A stretch of DNA of 64,000 nt from a virus (IMGVR_UViG_3300012208_000003:1209-65208), one strand, 5' to 3'. Counted from the first letter of the stretch, positions 30,141-40,367 are shown. The notes: generated from the letters alone by a model not told the origin. Numbers and translations are program-made.

Positions 30141-30449
30141 ATGCTCAATGCGTTGAAATCTTATAGCCCTCAAAGACTAGATACTGAAGAGTTAATTGAA
30201 CTCGCAGGATTTGGTCGATTGCTTGAGGCAGAATTCACTTTGTTGAGTGTTGAAATTCCCGAATGGATTGGCAATCAATTAAAGGCCATTAGACGGGAAA
30301 TCAAAATGCGTAACGCCGATGCTATCGCGAACAAACTTCGCGCCGCAAAGGCCCGCCTTTCAACGCTCGCAACAGTAGATGAAAAAAGAGCCGCAGTTGC
30401 AGCCGAAATCGCTCAACTTGAAGAACTGGCAAAGGCCGCAAGCGCCTAA
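30141..30449 (+). CDS. helical hypothetical protein
   Basis: AGGAGG RBS, 102 aa. Confidence 0.75.
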   Translation: MLNALKSYSPQRLDTEELIELAGFGRLLEAEFTLLSVEIPEWIGNQLKAIRREIKMRNADAIANKLRAAKARLSTLATVDEKRAAVAAEIAQLEELAKAASA

Positions 30450-30571
30450 GCAACGGCGATCCTGTGCATGTGGGTGCGGACGCAAGTTTTCCCCACGCGT
30501 CCGCACCCAACTTTATTTCTCGGTCCGGTGCAAGAACCGGGCGGCGCAGACACGCTGGCGAAAGAACGGGA

Positions 30572-31243
30572 ATGGACGAGCACATTGAATGCCGGCTGGC
30601 ACCAGAAACCGCAAACGAAACTATTGCCTGGCGCGACATCCGCAGGCGGACATTGCGCGAAATGGGCTATATCAAATGCGGCCATCCGTATCATCGGATT
30701 GTTCCATTAAGTCCTTCCAGGGCAACTGGCCTTCAGTACGTACAGGTTACATGCGCATCTTGTTCGGCAGAATTATCAGATGGTTCTATCCCGCGTGATC
30801 CAGCGGGCACTTGGATTGGTGGCACGATTGATGCCGGAATTGATTGGGAAACCATAGACGGATTGTGGCCGAAGCAGGCGGAAGAGCGGAAACGCAAAGC
30901 ATGAATAAACTCGACAAGCGGATCGAGCAAGTCCGTGAGGCTTTGCATGAAGCTGGCCATGGATTGCCCGTTGCCGACTGGACGAGATTGCTTGAAGAAA
31001 TCGCTGCCGACATTGAAGGCCATTTAGACGCAATCAGAGAAGAACAGTTAGACGATGAAAGTTGAACTCAACGAAGAAGGTCGTCAGTTGATTCTCTTGG
31101 CGCTTGCCGAACTGGCCCTATCGCGTCCCGGATTTGATTATGCCCTACGGCAACTGGCGTTGCTTTTCTTTGGCGAAGAGATGTTCGATCATTTCAAAAA
31201 ACTTAATGCGGATCGCGTAAAAGAATCGCGTAGCCTGGTATGA
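30572..31243 (+). CDS. three small hypothetical proteins (~30572..30904, 30901..31065, 31055..31243)
   Basis: Coupled ORFs with overlapping start/stop codons. Confidence 0.5.
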
Positions 31244-31752
31244 ATCCTCCCGGCATCATCCTGATCAATCCTCGTTTCCCTCACAATGTGGCGGCGACGA
31301 TCCGCGCGTGTTCCTGCTTCGGGGTCCCTTCCTTGTTCTGGACCGGCTGGCGAGTGGATCCGACGCAATACGATCGTTTACCGCGCGAAGAACGCATGAA
31401 GGGATATCGGGACGTCACCTGGCGGCACAGCGACCGGCCATTCGATCATTTTAAGAATGCTATCCCGGTCTGCATCGAGATTCATCCGGACTCAATTGCC
31501 CTGCCTGATTTTGTCCATCCCGACAATGCGGTGTATGTATTCGGTCCGGAGGATGGCAGCGTCCCGCAAGTAATTCGCCGTCTTTGTTATTCCTTTGTGC
31601 ATATTCCATCGTTTCACTGCTTGAATCTTTCGGCAGCGGTCAATGTTGTGCTGTACGATCGGGCCATGAAAGAGCATCCGGCAGCCGGCATGAGCGTCGC
31701 CAAACATGAAGTCCGCGGGGAGATCCCGGTACCGGGATGGGATGGACGATGA
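31240..31752 (+). CDS. SPOUT (SpoU/TrmH/TrmL-like) RNA methyltransferase
   Basis: NPRFPHNVAATIR.C..FG, VFGPEDGSV, IPS..CLNLSAAVNVVLYD. Confidence 0.9.
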   Translation: MNPPGIILINPRFPHNVAATIRACSCFGVPSLFWTGWRVDPTQYDRLPREERMKGYRDVTWRHSDRPFDHFKNAIPVCIEIHPDSIALPDFVHPDNAVYVFGPEDGSVPQVIRRLCYSFVHIPSFHCLNLSAAVNVVLYDRAMKEHPAAGMSVAKHEVRGEIPVPGWDGR

Positions 31753-32922
31753 GCCGCATAGAACTCGAGAAGCAGGACAATGGCTGGCTTGTCCGATACG
31801 GAGAATTCTGGGAAGACCACCTGTGCCTTGATGAGGCTTTAGGTTGCGTGGCCTCGATCATGTTCACGGGCCATGCACCATACCTCAAAAACGAACTTCA
31901 GCATTATCTATGGAATATCCATTACGCTCCAAATGACCTGCCGAAATTGCTTCCTGAGAGGGCTGGCCAAACATCACCATGATCGACCACGAAGAGAAGA
32001 AAACCTTAATCACCAACGATACCCGAATGGGAGAAGCGGAACACCGTACCTTGATGGAAGATTCCGGCATAATCGTTACGCCAGAGAAGTTGAAAGAGCT
32101 TGCCGCGCGGTCCCGCGAACGGAAGCTGGAATTTGATGTGATCGCTTGTGCCGGCATGAGCTATCAGCGCGCTCTACGGATTCGCGAACTGCGCAGCAAA
32201 TTAAGTTGGCGCGGCGTAGCCCTTGAGACTTATGCCGAATGGGAAGCAGATGCGCTCTGGGAACCTTCGACGAACCAACTGGCCGGCGTGGCGCTTTGTG
32301 AAGCCGCCGCGCATGTTCTTTCAGAAGACCCTCATAAATCTCCGTGGCAAGCGATGCAATAAATGGCCGAAGAACTCTGCATCACGATTCCCTGCAAGCC
32401 GGCAAAGCCTTGGACGGATGCCGATGTACGGCCGATTCATGTATTCCTCGGCAACGATTCAACCGGAGCAGCGCGAACCTGCTGGCAGTGCCCTTATTGC
32501 AAATGGCAATTCTATCGGCGCAAATCGTGCGAGAAACATATGGGCATGGTTATGAACACTCCCGCGGGCTGCCCGGTCTTGAAAGCCCAGGATGAAGCCC
32601 GGCGCGCGGACAGAAAGAAACTGGATTGAATTTATTTCCAATATGCTAAACTTTCTGCCTGGAGGTTCACATGGGGCAGAAAGTCCGCGCGAAGTTCCAA
32701 GTCCAAGGCGTGAAGAAGACATCGTGGGGCGGCACAGTCATTGAGCTTCAGCCGCAATACGATACATCGATCCCAGAAGACCAACGGTTTGCCAAAGCGA
32801 CACCTTCCGGATTGATTTCCTTGACCATTGACAATCCTTTGGCGGTAGACTTTCTGCAGCTCGGGAAATTCTTTTATGTCGATTTCACGGAGGTTCCCGC
32901 GGCGATGGTAGCGGGCGGTTAA
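31749..32922 (+). CDS. four small hypothetical proteins (31749..31982, 31979..32362, 32363..32629, 32671..32922)
   Basis: Coupled ORFs; 32363 has CPYC..C..H; 32671 has ED.RFAKATPSG.I.L.IDN. Confidence 0.55.
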
Positions 32923-33073
32923 TCAAATTTTCACTTGCAACAGATATGGGCCCACCGGAAACTGGAACAGGGGATGGAGAGAGGCGTCGGTATTTTCCGG
33001 TACCGATCGTCTGCGGTGCCAAGAACGCTGGGCCTTGGTGCTGTCCCATCCTCCCTTTTAGCGCAGGAGGGGC

Positions 33074-33727
33074 ATGGATATTAGCGGAAAGTCGGAAGCC
33101 TCAACTAGTTCTACATTGATCGTTGGCGCTGTTGCACGAATCCAAACAATCGCCGAAAATTTCTGGCATGTCATAAACATGCGTAGGCCCGAAGGCTGTG
33201 ATTGTGCCGGCTGCCGGATGCATCGCTTATTGCCGGAATCTTTGCATGCGGATGCGCAGGATCAAATCCGCTGCCTCAATGCATTCGTCGCCTGGGAAGT
33301 GGCTATTGAAAACCTGGTCACGACCGAAGGCAAAAACGATCTGCTGACAAATTATCTGAAAGGCTCGAGTTACACGGCGGCATTCTACGCGGCTCTCGTA
33401 AACAATGCATCGTTTACCGCTTATGCCGCTGGCGACACGGCCGCACAGATCAATGGCACGAATGGCTGGCTTGAAGGCGTGCCCTACTCGAACGCTAATC
33501 GCGTAACCTGGACTGGCGGGACCGCTGCTGCCGGATCGATCGACAATTCCGCTTCCCCGGCCGTTTTCAATATCAATGCCACGCTTACCGTACGCGGGGC
33601 TTTCTTAAGTACCAGCAACGTAAAAAATGGCACAGGCGGGAAGCTCTATGGCGAAGCCGATTTTGCCGCCGCACGATCAGTATTGAGCGGCGACACGTTA
33701 AATTGCACAATAACTTGTACTGTATGA
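33074..33727 (+). CDS. putative virion structural protein
   Basis: AGGAGG RBS; ENLVTTEG, TVRGAFL, RSVLSGDTL. Confidence 0.6.
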   Translation: MDISGKSEASTSSTLIVGAVARIQTIAENFWHVINMRRPEGCDCAGCRMHRLLPESLHADAQDQIRCLNAFVAWEVAIENLVTTEGKNDLLTNYLKGSSYTAAFYAALVNNASFTAYAAGDTAAQINGTNGWLEGVPYSNANRVTWTGGTAAAGSIDNSASPAVFNINATLTVRGAFLSTSNVKNGTGGKLYGEADFAAARSVLSGDTLNCTITCTV

Positions 33728-34374
33728 TAAATGATATAACAGGGAATAGATTCGGTAGGCTTGCCGTTATACGCAGGGCCGGTTCAACTCCATATACTCC
33801 TTCTGGCGGTAGACGTTCATTATGGCTGTGTCGCTGTGATTGCGGTAAAGAAATAACGCGGACAAAAGATGACCTTTCTAGTGGTCATACAGCTTCGTGC
33901 GGCTGTTTCAGGCGCGATGTAATGTTCAACAAAGCCTTGAAACACGGTCACAATTTACCGGGTAAGCGGACTCGAACATATGAGGCTTGGGCGTCCATGT
34001 TGGCGCGTTGCCTGAATCCTAAAAAGGAAGGATTCGCCAATTATGGGGGCAGGGGAATAATTGTTTGCGAGAGATGGCAGGAATCATTCGCGGATTTTCT
34101 TGCCGACATGGGCGAGTGTCCACCCGATTTATTTATCGACAGGGTCGATAACGACAAAGGCTATTTCAAATCCAATTGCCGATGGACAGACCGAACCACG
34201 AACAACCGCAATCAGAGGAAGAGCATCAGGGTGGATGGAGTTCCACTCGCGCAAATTGCAGAAGAGGTCAAAGTAAGCTACAGGCGTCTCAAATATCAAG
34301 CCGTCACAAAAAAGTTACCTCTTGATCTTGCCATAGCGAACGCTAAGCAATTGGAAATCGGAATTAAAGCATGA
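33724..34374 (+). CDS. HNH homing endonuclease
   Basis: DITGNRFGRL, WLCRCDCG, SCGC, YGGRGI.VCERW, IDRVDNDKGY..NCRW..N.RN. Confidence 0.9.
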   Translation: MINDITGNRFGRLAVIRRAGSTPYTPSGGRRSLWLCRCDCGKEITRTKDDLSSGHTASCGCFRRDVMFNKALKHGHNLPGKRTRTYEAWASMLARCLNPKKEGFANYGGRGIIVCERWQESFADFLADMGECPPDLFIDRVDNDKGYFKSNCRWTDRTTNNRNQRKSIRVDGVPLAQIAEEVKVSYRRLKYQAVTKKLPLDLAIANAKQLEIGIKA

Positions 34375-35315
34375 CGCCACTTGGCTATCAAGATCCGGCA
34401 GTTAAGACAGCGCAACTGGACACTACAACAGTAGTGCCTGCTCCCATAGGCGGCGTCGATACTGTCCGTGAAAATATTCAAGCCTATCTGCCGGCTGACA
34501 TGCAAATGCTGATGATGGCGGTGAGGCAGCTCGGTGAAACTCTTTTACTTTTAGAAAAAAAGTTTAGCCTTCCGGAAGCCGCTCTTTCGGTTGCTTTGGC
34601 GGAAGGTCATCCAATCATTCCGGTTGCGATTACAGACAGTTTGGATGTTGTCGGCAATTCTTCTCGTCCGCTACGTGTGGATCCAATTGGCACAACACCG
34701 CAACCCGTAAGCGGTACTGTGAATGTTTCATCAAGCCCCTGCTGGAGTATTGGTATCAGTTCAAGCGGAATTCCGACGCCAACTCCTATTGATCCAATAG
34801 CTGCGCTGAGTTGCGTCATCTTGCAAGACTCTGCCGGTAAATTATGGGCTTTGGGAATCACTGCGAACGGATTGATGACCACGACGTCCATTGCGATCGG
34901 AGCTCCTGTTAGTTTATTTTTGAATGATCCAGGCGGAACTACGTCATGGAGCATCAGTGTATCTACCTCCGGGCTTTTGACGATAACCAGCATCCCGTTC
35001 GGTAATTATCCAACCAGCTTGTCTTTGAGCAGCAGCGTGCCCCAATTGGTTGTCGGCACAGTGACTGTTGTTCAAGGGGCTTCGCCCTGGAATGTGACCG
35101 GCACGGTCAGCGTGCAAAACCAAATTGGACCGACGAATTTCCCTGCGATCCAGGCAGTGCAATTCAACGATGGCGTAACGACTTATGATTTGCGAGGGCT
35201 GGATGCAGTACTAAGAGCTGTTCTCAGGCAATCAATCGAATCCAAAACATTTTTTGCGCTACATGCTGGTGGTTTTATGCCCGAGATGGAAACATTGCCA
35301 TTTCTAGGGGGATAA
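34371..35315 (+). CDS. putative virion protein
   Basis: QPVSGTV and QG.SPW.VTGTV motifs; W.I.(V/I)...G repeats. Confidence 0.55.
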   Translation: MTPLGYQDPAVKTAQLDTTTVVPAPIGGVDTVRENIQAYLPADMQMLMMAVRQLGETLLLLEKKFSLPEAALSVALAEGHPIIPVAITDSLDVVGNSSRPLRVDPIGTTPQPVSGTVNVSSSPCWSIGISSSGIPTPTPIDPIAALSCVILQDSAGKLWALGITANGLMTTTSIAIGAPVSLFLNDPGGTTSWSISVSTSGLLTITSIPFGNYPTSLSLSSSVPQLVVGTVTVVQGASPWNVTGTVSVQNQIGPTNFPAIQAVQFNDGVTTYDLRGLDAVLRAVLRQSIESKTFFALHAGGFMPEMETLPFLGG

Positions 35316-35321
35316 AGAGCT

Positions 35322-37391
35322 TTGAAGATTTTAATCAAAATATTTTGCGGGCCCTTGTTTTTGATCTTGCTCTTCGGCATTGTCACGATCGAGCAATATT
35401 TCATGATGCCGCCTGTGGCTCGAGCTCAAGCAAACGTAGTTTGCGCAGCCAACTTGCCATGCACCATTACCAGTGCTTGGACTTTCACCGGCGCGCAGAT
35501 GTTCACTCAATTAAACGGCTGCCAGTATGTCAATGCCACGCAAACATTTGCGCAAGCTCTTGCCGCAGCAGGTTCAGTAGGTTGTATCGAAGTTACTCCC
35601 GGAACTTATACGGTAAGCGCGAGTGCGCTCATCCCCTATGGCGTCACCCTGCGTTCCACCAGCGGAGGAATTCTATCAATAGCTACGGGAGTCACTTTAA
35701 CTATTGCAGGGAACATCCTAGGCAGCCCTAACGGGCAAATCTTCGCTTACGTTGGGACCGGTGCAACAGTCATTGCGCAAAGCTTGGTTGAAGCTCTATG
35801 GTTTCCAGGCGCTAATCTCGGCGTGCAAATAAATAACGCCGCATTGGCCCTGAACAACGCCAAGGGCGGAGGTAACACCCACGGAGCCGGGAAAATACAT
35901 ATCGTGGGCGGAGCTTATTCCGTTCCACTTGGCGTCATTAATCCGCAGGCGGATGTAATCATTTCTTGCGATGAGAACCAGGCGACGGCCATCAACTTTA
36001 CCGGAGCGTCGGGGATCGCTCTGCTTTTCAACGTTGGCACGGCTGGAGGGACATATTACGAGTGGGGCCAAGGAATCGAAAACTGCCAGCTGTACGGCCC
36101 AGGCTATCCAAGCGGCTCAGGACAAGCAGGAACGGGGATTCAAATAGGCGATTCGACCCATGCAACGATAGGCTTGAAGATGGAGAACAGCTATCTTGCC
36201 GGATTCTCAATAGGCTTAACTTGGGGGAATACCTCCGCTTGGGGAGCGAAAATAGACCACACGGTATTTACGTTGAACACTCAGGACTTTGTATATAACC
36301 TGAATCTAGGCGGCGGCACAGAAAATATAGCACTGGACCACGTAGTTTTCGCTCCAAGCTACAACGCAATAATCGCCAACGACGTGGTGATTGGACCAGG
36401 GAATACCACCACAGATATTTTTTTTAGTAACTGTTCTTTCGACAATGGGGAACTGGTTGTCTCTAACACCTCGGCGGTTGGCTTGACAAAGCCGCATTTC
36501 GAATACAGCACCAATACGACGACACCGTTTGCCGCTATCAGCGGCGGAGCGTTCGTAACTATGTACACTCCGGTTGTGCAATACGATCCGGTCAGCGGAA
36601 CCGTTCCAACATCCGTATTTTCCGTGAATAGTTCGACGCTCGATATCTACTCGCCAAAAATGAATTCCAATGTGGCCATCACGAATTATCTGAACGCTAC
36701 TTCTTCGGCAACCAGGGTATGGGGGATCGAACAATTAAATGGGATCGGAGGCCCAACTTATTCCGGAGGTTGGCAGATCGAATGCGGCACAACTACACAG
36801 ACCTGCAACTATGTTCTGGGCGCAGGCGCATTTAACGTCTCAGCCACAGGCGGCATCAATCTTCAGAACAATACTGCCGTTACGGGTCTGCTTACGGCTA
36901 CGGGAAACACCGCAGCTCTCACCGCCGATTGGACCTGTGGCACCGGCGGTACGGTTTCCTCCTGCGTGGCCGCGACGATCATTGGTTCTGGCGGTGGAGT
37001 GCCTCTTACCTTCACGCTTCCGCTAGTCGCACGGTCCTACACGCTCGAATGCGACGGCGTAGTGGGGCAAGCCACCGCAGTGACCGCCAATAGCTGGAAT
37101 CTGCTAACAGCGACGAATGGCGCGACGAATGTTACCACATCCTACAGCATGAACACGGCAGTAACAGCCATGACTGGCGGGGCGACTACTGATCAGGCGT
37201 CAACAACGACAACTTTCTTAATTGGTCCGACATGGACGCTTGGTGGCACAGCGACCAAGATGCCTTTTCATATCTATGCGAAGATTGAAGGCGCGTCGGC
37301 TTCAGGAACAGTGGTCAGTCTCCAATTAGTTGCTCCAACAGTCGGAGATTTGGTTACCATCTATCGCGGCACATCTTGTAGGATCTTCTAA
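35322..37391 (+). CDS. beta-helix (pectin lyase-like) spike / depolymerase candidate
   Basis: 689 aa, Gly/Thr/Asn-rich; I.V.PGTY and QINNAA..GKIHI..GAY; N-terminal hydrophobic segment. Confidence 0.6.
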   Translation: MKILIKIFCGPLFLILLFGIVTIEQYFMMPPVARAQANVVCAANLPCTITSAWTFTGAQMFTQLNGCQYVNATQTFAQALAAAGSVGCIEVTPGTYTVSASALIPYGVTLRSTSGGILSIATGVTLTIAGNILGSPNGQIFAYVGTGATVIAQSLVEALWFPGANLGVQINNAALALNNAKGGGNTHGAGKIHIVGGAYSVPLGVINPQADVIISCDENQATAINFTGASGIALLFNVGTAGGTYYEWGQGIENCQLYGPGYPSGSGQAGTGIQIGDSTHATIGLKMENSYLAGFSIGLTWGNTSAWGAKIDHTVFTLNTQDFVYNLNLGGGTENIALDHVVFAPSYNAIIANDVVIGPGNTTTDIFFSNCSFDNGELVVSNTSAVGLTKPHFEYSTNTTTPFAAISGGAFVTMYTPVVQYDPVSGTVPTSVFSVNSSTLDIYSPKMNSNVAITNYLNATSSATRVWGIEQLNGIGGPTYSGGWQIECGTTTQTCNYVLGAGAFNVSATGGINLQNNTAVTGLLTATGNTAALTADWTCGTGGTVSSCVAATIIGSGGGVPLTFTLPLVARSYTLECDGVVGQATAVTANSWNLLTATNGATNVTTSYSMNTAVTAMTGGATTDQASTTTTFLIGPTWTLGGTATKMPFHIYAKIEGASASGTVVSLQLVAPTVGDLVTIYRGTSCRIF

Positions 37392-37411
37392 AGGATTAAA
37401 GGGGAATAAAA

Positions 37412-38167
37412 ATGCTTTCACCACAAGCACTTCTGAAAGTCATCATCAGCAATCTTTTGCCGGGCTTCAATGCCGACAATCCAAATCAAGATGCTCCCCT
37501 ACGTGGAGATTCTTACGGAGGATTATTCACCAACTCCATTGTGCCGACGAAGCATCTGCTGGCTGCCGAGGGTACCTATTTCACCGCGAATAACGCACAA
37601 ACTGGCCAAGCTACCGCTGCCACCGCGCCTCTTGCGTTCACGGCAACGACTCCCGCATTCATTATTTTCAATAACGCGCCTTCTGCGAGCCAGATCAAAA
37701 TCTATCTCGATTATGTGCTTTGGGCCGTTTCGGTGGCTCCGACAGCCACAACCAGCGTGCAACTTGCCGTTGTGCGCGATCTTGGCAACCGTTTTTCAGC
37801 GCTTGGCACTGGCGGTGCCGCACTTACGCCGGCAAAAACAAACTCAGCCGGAAAAGGATCAAACGCTCTCGTATGGTCTGGCGGCCAGCTCGTAGCCACG
37901 GCCGCAACGTCAGCGGCAGTCACACTTGTCGGGAATCGTATTCTTCGTGGAACGATTCCGATCATCAACGACGTCTACGTCGGTCAGTTCGGTTCTGTCG
38001 ATGGCGTAGTCGCTGGCGTCGCTGCAGCAGCTGTTGCGAGTCACATACTCGAACCATTGCCAGCCGCCGTCGCAAATCCTGGCGAATCGTTGCTCGTTTA
38101 TCTCTGGTATCCCGCGATGTCGGCGGCACAAACAAACCTACCGGAAATCGGCTGGTGGGAGCGGTAA
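37412..38167 (+). CDS. putative virion protein
   Basis: 251 aa Ala/Thr-rich beta protein ending GWWER. Confidence 0.55.
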   Translation: MLSPQALLKVIISNLLPGFNADNPNQDAPLRGDSYGGLFTNSIVPTKHLLAAEGTYFTANNAQTGQATAATAPLAFTATTPAFIIFNNAPSASQIKIYLDYVLWAVSVAPTATTSVQLAVVRDLGNRFSALGTGGAALTPAKTNSAGKGSNALVWSGGQLVATAATSAAVTLVGNRILRGTIPIINDVYVGQFGSVDGVVAGVAAAAVASHILEPLPAAVANPGESLLVYLWYPAMSAAQTNLPEIGWWER

Positions 38168-38174
38168 AAGTGTT

Positions 38175-38978
38175 GTGCCGGCAGCTTTCCTAAATCAGGC
38201 AAGTACTCGTTGGGAGCATTATTTCACGATGTCGCTCTCGATGGATGCTAGTGCCGACCTACAAGATTCCACGAATTTGACAGTATTCGTCCTCGAGTCG
38301 TTGATTGGTTCAGCTTCGATTGTAGATTCCTGCAGTATGACGATGCCAGTCTCCGGATTGCTTGTTGGCGCAGCCGATACCATTCCTTCCATCGCTCTCG
38401 CGATGCCGGTATCAGCAATGCTTTCTGGAGCTACCGACATCGCAACGTCACTCATCTTGACGATCCCGGTAAGTGCAGGCTTGGATGCCAATGCCGCACT
38501 AAGCGATTCCGCCGGCAATCTTTTTCTTAATTCCATGTCACTGACAGTTTCTGCGGATATTGCAATCATTGCCGTCGACGCGGAATCCGTATCGATCTCA
38601 CTGGATACTACGGCCATTCTGGCCGATTCCACCTCTAGCACAATGGTTGCTTCCGGAATATTTGCCGGGGCGGTCGACATTACACCTTCGAATATCGTCA
38701 GCATGAGCGCATCGGCCGCTATTATCGGCTCCGCTGGATCCACGAGCAGCGGTGGGTTTACTTATGTCGGCGAGGTCAGTTTCAGTGGATTGGTAGCGGA
38801 CCTGACAGTTTCATTCATGATTGGTGCAGCACCGCCAGTATCGCCGCGTTGGCCGGCAAATTACATACAGCCGGATTTTCGTGTTCCATCAGTCAATTCG
38901 CTCGTTGCCGATTATCCAGTAGGCGAAAACATGTTGAAATTGGATTGGCCAATTCCCAAACATGAGGAGCCAAAATAA
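38175..38978 (+). CDS. Ser/Ala-rich repeat protein with C-terminal QPDFR module (start uncertain)
   Basis: About 21-aa imperfect repeats (MPVS...A.D). Confidence 0.55.
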   Translation: MPAAFLNQASTRWEHYFTMSLSMDASADLQDSTNLTVFVLESLIGSASIVDSCSMTMPVSGLLVGAADTIPSIALAMPVSAMLSGATDIATSLILTIPVSAGLDANAALSDSAGNLFLNSMSLTVSADIAIIAVDAESVSISLDTTAILADSTSSTMVASGIFAGAVDITPSNIVSMSASAAIIGSAGSTSSGGFTYVGEVSFSGLVADLTVSFMIGAAPPVSPRWPANYIQPDFRVPSVNSLVADYPVGENMLKLDWPIPKHEEPK

Positions 38979-39014
38979 ACACTCTTAACTAGAAACTTAG
39001 GCTGCAAGAAAGTA

Positions 39015-39043
39015 TTGACAGGGTTCGTTTAATGTGTGAGTCT
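39015..39043 (+). promoter_or_regulatory. promoter directly upstream of array D
   Basis: TTGACA, 17 nt, GAGTCT preceded by TGT. Confidence 0.45.
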
Positions 39044-39049
39044 TTAAGT

Positions 39050-39125
39050 GCCGGGGCAAGGCGCGGCGTGACCAGTCCCGACGAGCATTGGCCGGGTACG
39101 TCCCGAACGTGGCAGGGCAGGAATG
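39050..39125 (+). ncRNA. pentamer guide-like array D
   Basis: G at 39050 to 39105 every 5 nt, hexamer AACGTG, GCAGG, GCAG. Confidence 0.85.
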
Positions 39126-39135
39126 GCACAGTAGA

Positions 39136-39855
39136 ATGTCTTTTAAGTTAAATCCGATGGATATTGACGGCCCAAATCGGCCTGACAATGCCACACAGGC
39201 CGATTTTCGCGTCCCTTTCACCGATCCTGAGGTAGCTGATTATCCGGTTGGCATGAACGTATTAGATTTGAGCTGGCCAATCCCGCGATACAATCAGCCG
39301 AACTAGGAGATTCGCATGGGAAATTACGTTCAGCCGGATTCTGATACGAAAAAAAATTCGCAAATAACGGTTCAGACAGGCATCAATGCGTTGATACCAG
39401 GTCCGGCACACGCCGGCAATCATACGCAAAGCGATTTTCGAAAGCCGACGATCGTGCCAACCCCGGGAACGGCAACGAAAAATCCGATCGCATTGACATG
39501 GCCGCTGCCAGCATACGTTCAACCAAATAATGCGACGAGCGTCACCGGGTTAAAAGGTCCGATGGGAACAAGCAACAATCCTCATTAGGAGAATGAAAAA
39601 ATGCCGAACTATTCTCAACCTAACTCAGGCAATCCAGTCTTGGATTCGCGCGTCGGTGTTATCGCCGTGACTGGCAATGCTTTCGTGAATGGGCCGGTTT
39701 CGCCAGGAAATCACATCCAGCCGAACACTAGCGCTCCTCCTGCTAACCGGCATGGTGCCAATTTTGCCGTGGGCGGTAACCCGATGAATATCGGAACGGT
39801 GACACGGTATGTGCAACCAATTTCCGCCAAGGAATTCCCGTCCGGTAAAATATAA
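39136..39855 (+). CDS. three small Pro/Asn-rich related proteins (39136..39306, 39316..39588, 39601..39855)
   Basis: Shared N.(Y/H).QP, DFR.P, L.WP.P.Y.QP motifs; AGGAG RBS on the last two. Confidence 0.65.
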
Positions 39856-39895
39856 ACTTTCCCCATAAGTTTCCAGTCGTGCTAGTCTATTTCTC

Positions 39896-39968
39896 GGGCG
39901 CGTAGCTCACTTGGGAGAGCGCGGGCTTTGCATCCCCGAGGCAGTCGGTTCGATTCCGATCGCGTCCA
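39896..39968 (+). tRNA. tRNA-Ala(TGC)
   Basis: GGGCGCG/CGCGTCC acceptor with G3:U70; loop TT-TGC-AT. Confidence 0.85.
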
Positions 39969-39979
39969 CAGATTTATAT

Positions 39980-40053
39980 GGCGTCGTAGGGAAACGGTTT
40001 AACCCGCTTGTTTTGGGTACAAGAGATTGTCGGTTCGAATCCGACCGACGCCA
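39980..40053 (+). tRNA. tRNA-Pro(TGG)
   Basis: GGCGTCG/CGACGCC; CTTGT-TTTGGGT-ACAAG; TTCGAAT T loop. Confidence 0.85.
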
Positions 40054-40090
40054 CTTTTTGTGATCCGCCGCGTGGCCTAGCGTTCAAGGC

Positions 40091-40188
40091 TCTAGGAGTG
40101 GTGGGTAGCGCGTGGTCCAACGTGAGAGCCTTCTCTGGGCTTAGTGGTTGGCTCTCGTTCGGGACGGATAAGCTTAGGCACTCCTAGA
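40091..40188 (+). ncRNA. unidentified rod-shaped RNA within the tRNA cluster
   Basis: TCTAGGAGTG/CACTCCTAGA outer and GAGAGCC/GGCTCTC inner stems. Confidence 0.5.
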
Positions 40189-40202
40189 AAAAAATTTTAC
40201 GG

Positions 40203-40274
40203 CCCGCGTTAGCTCAATGGTAGAGCCCCGGCTTGAAGCACCGGTAATGTTCGGTTCGATTCCGATACGCGGGA
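40203..40274 (+). tRNA. tRNA-Phe(GAA)
   Basis: CCCGCGT/ACGCGGG; loop TT-GAA-GC. Confidence 0.8.
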
Positions 40275-40286
40275 TCAAGAGTTTGT

Positions 40287-40362
40287 GGCCCTGTTACCGT
40301 AACGGATAGCGGTCTTGAGTTCTAATCAAGATGTGCGAGTTCGAATCTCGCCAGGGCCTCCA
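40287..40362 (+). tRNA. tRNA-Arg(TCT)
   Basis: GGCCCTG/CAGGGCC; CTTGA-GTTCTAA-TCAAG; encoded CCA. Confidence 0.85.
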
Positions 40363-40367
40363 AGTTT

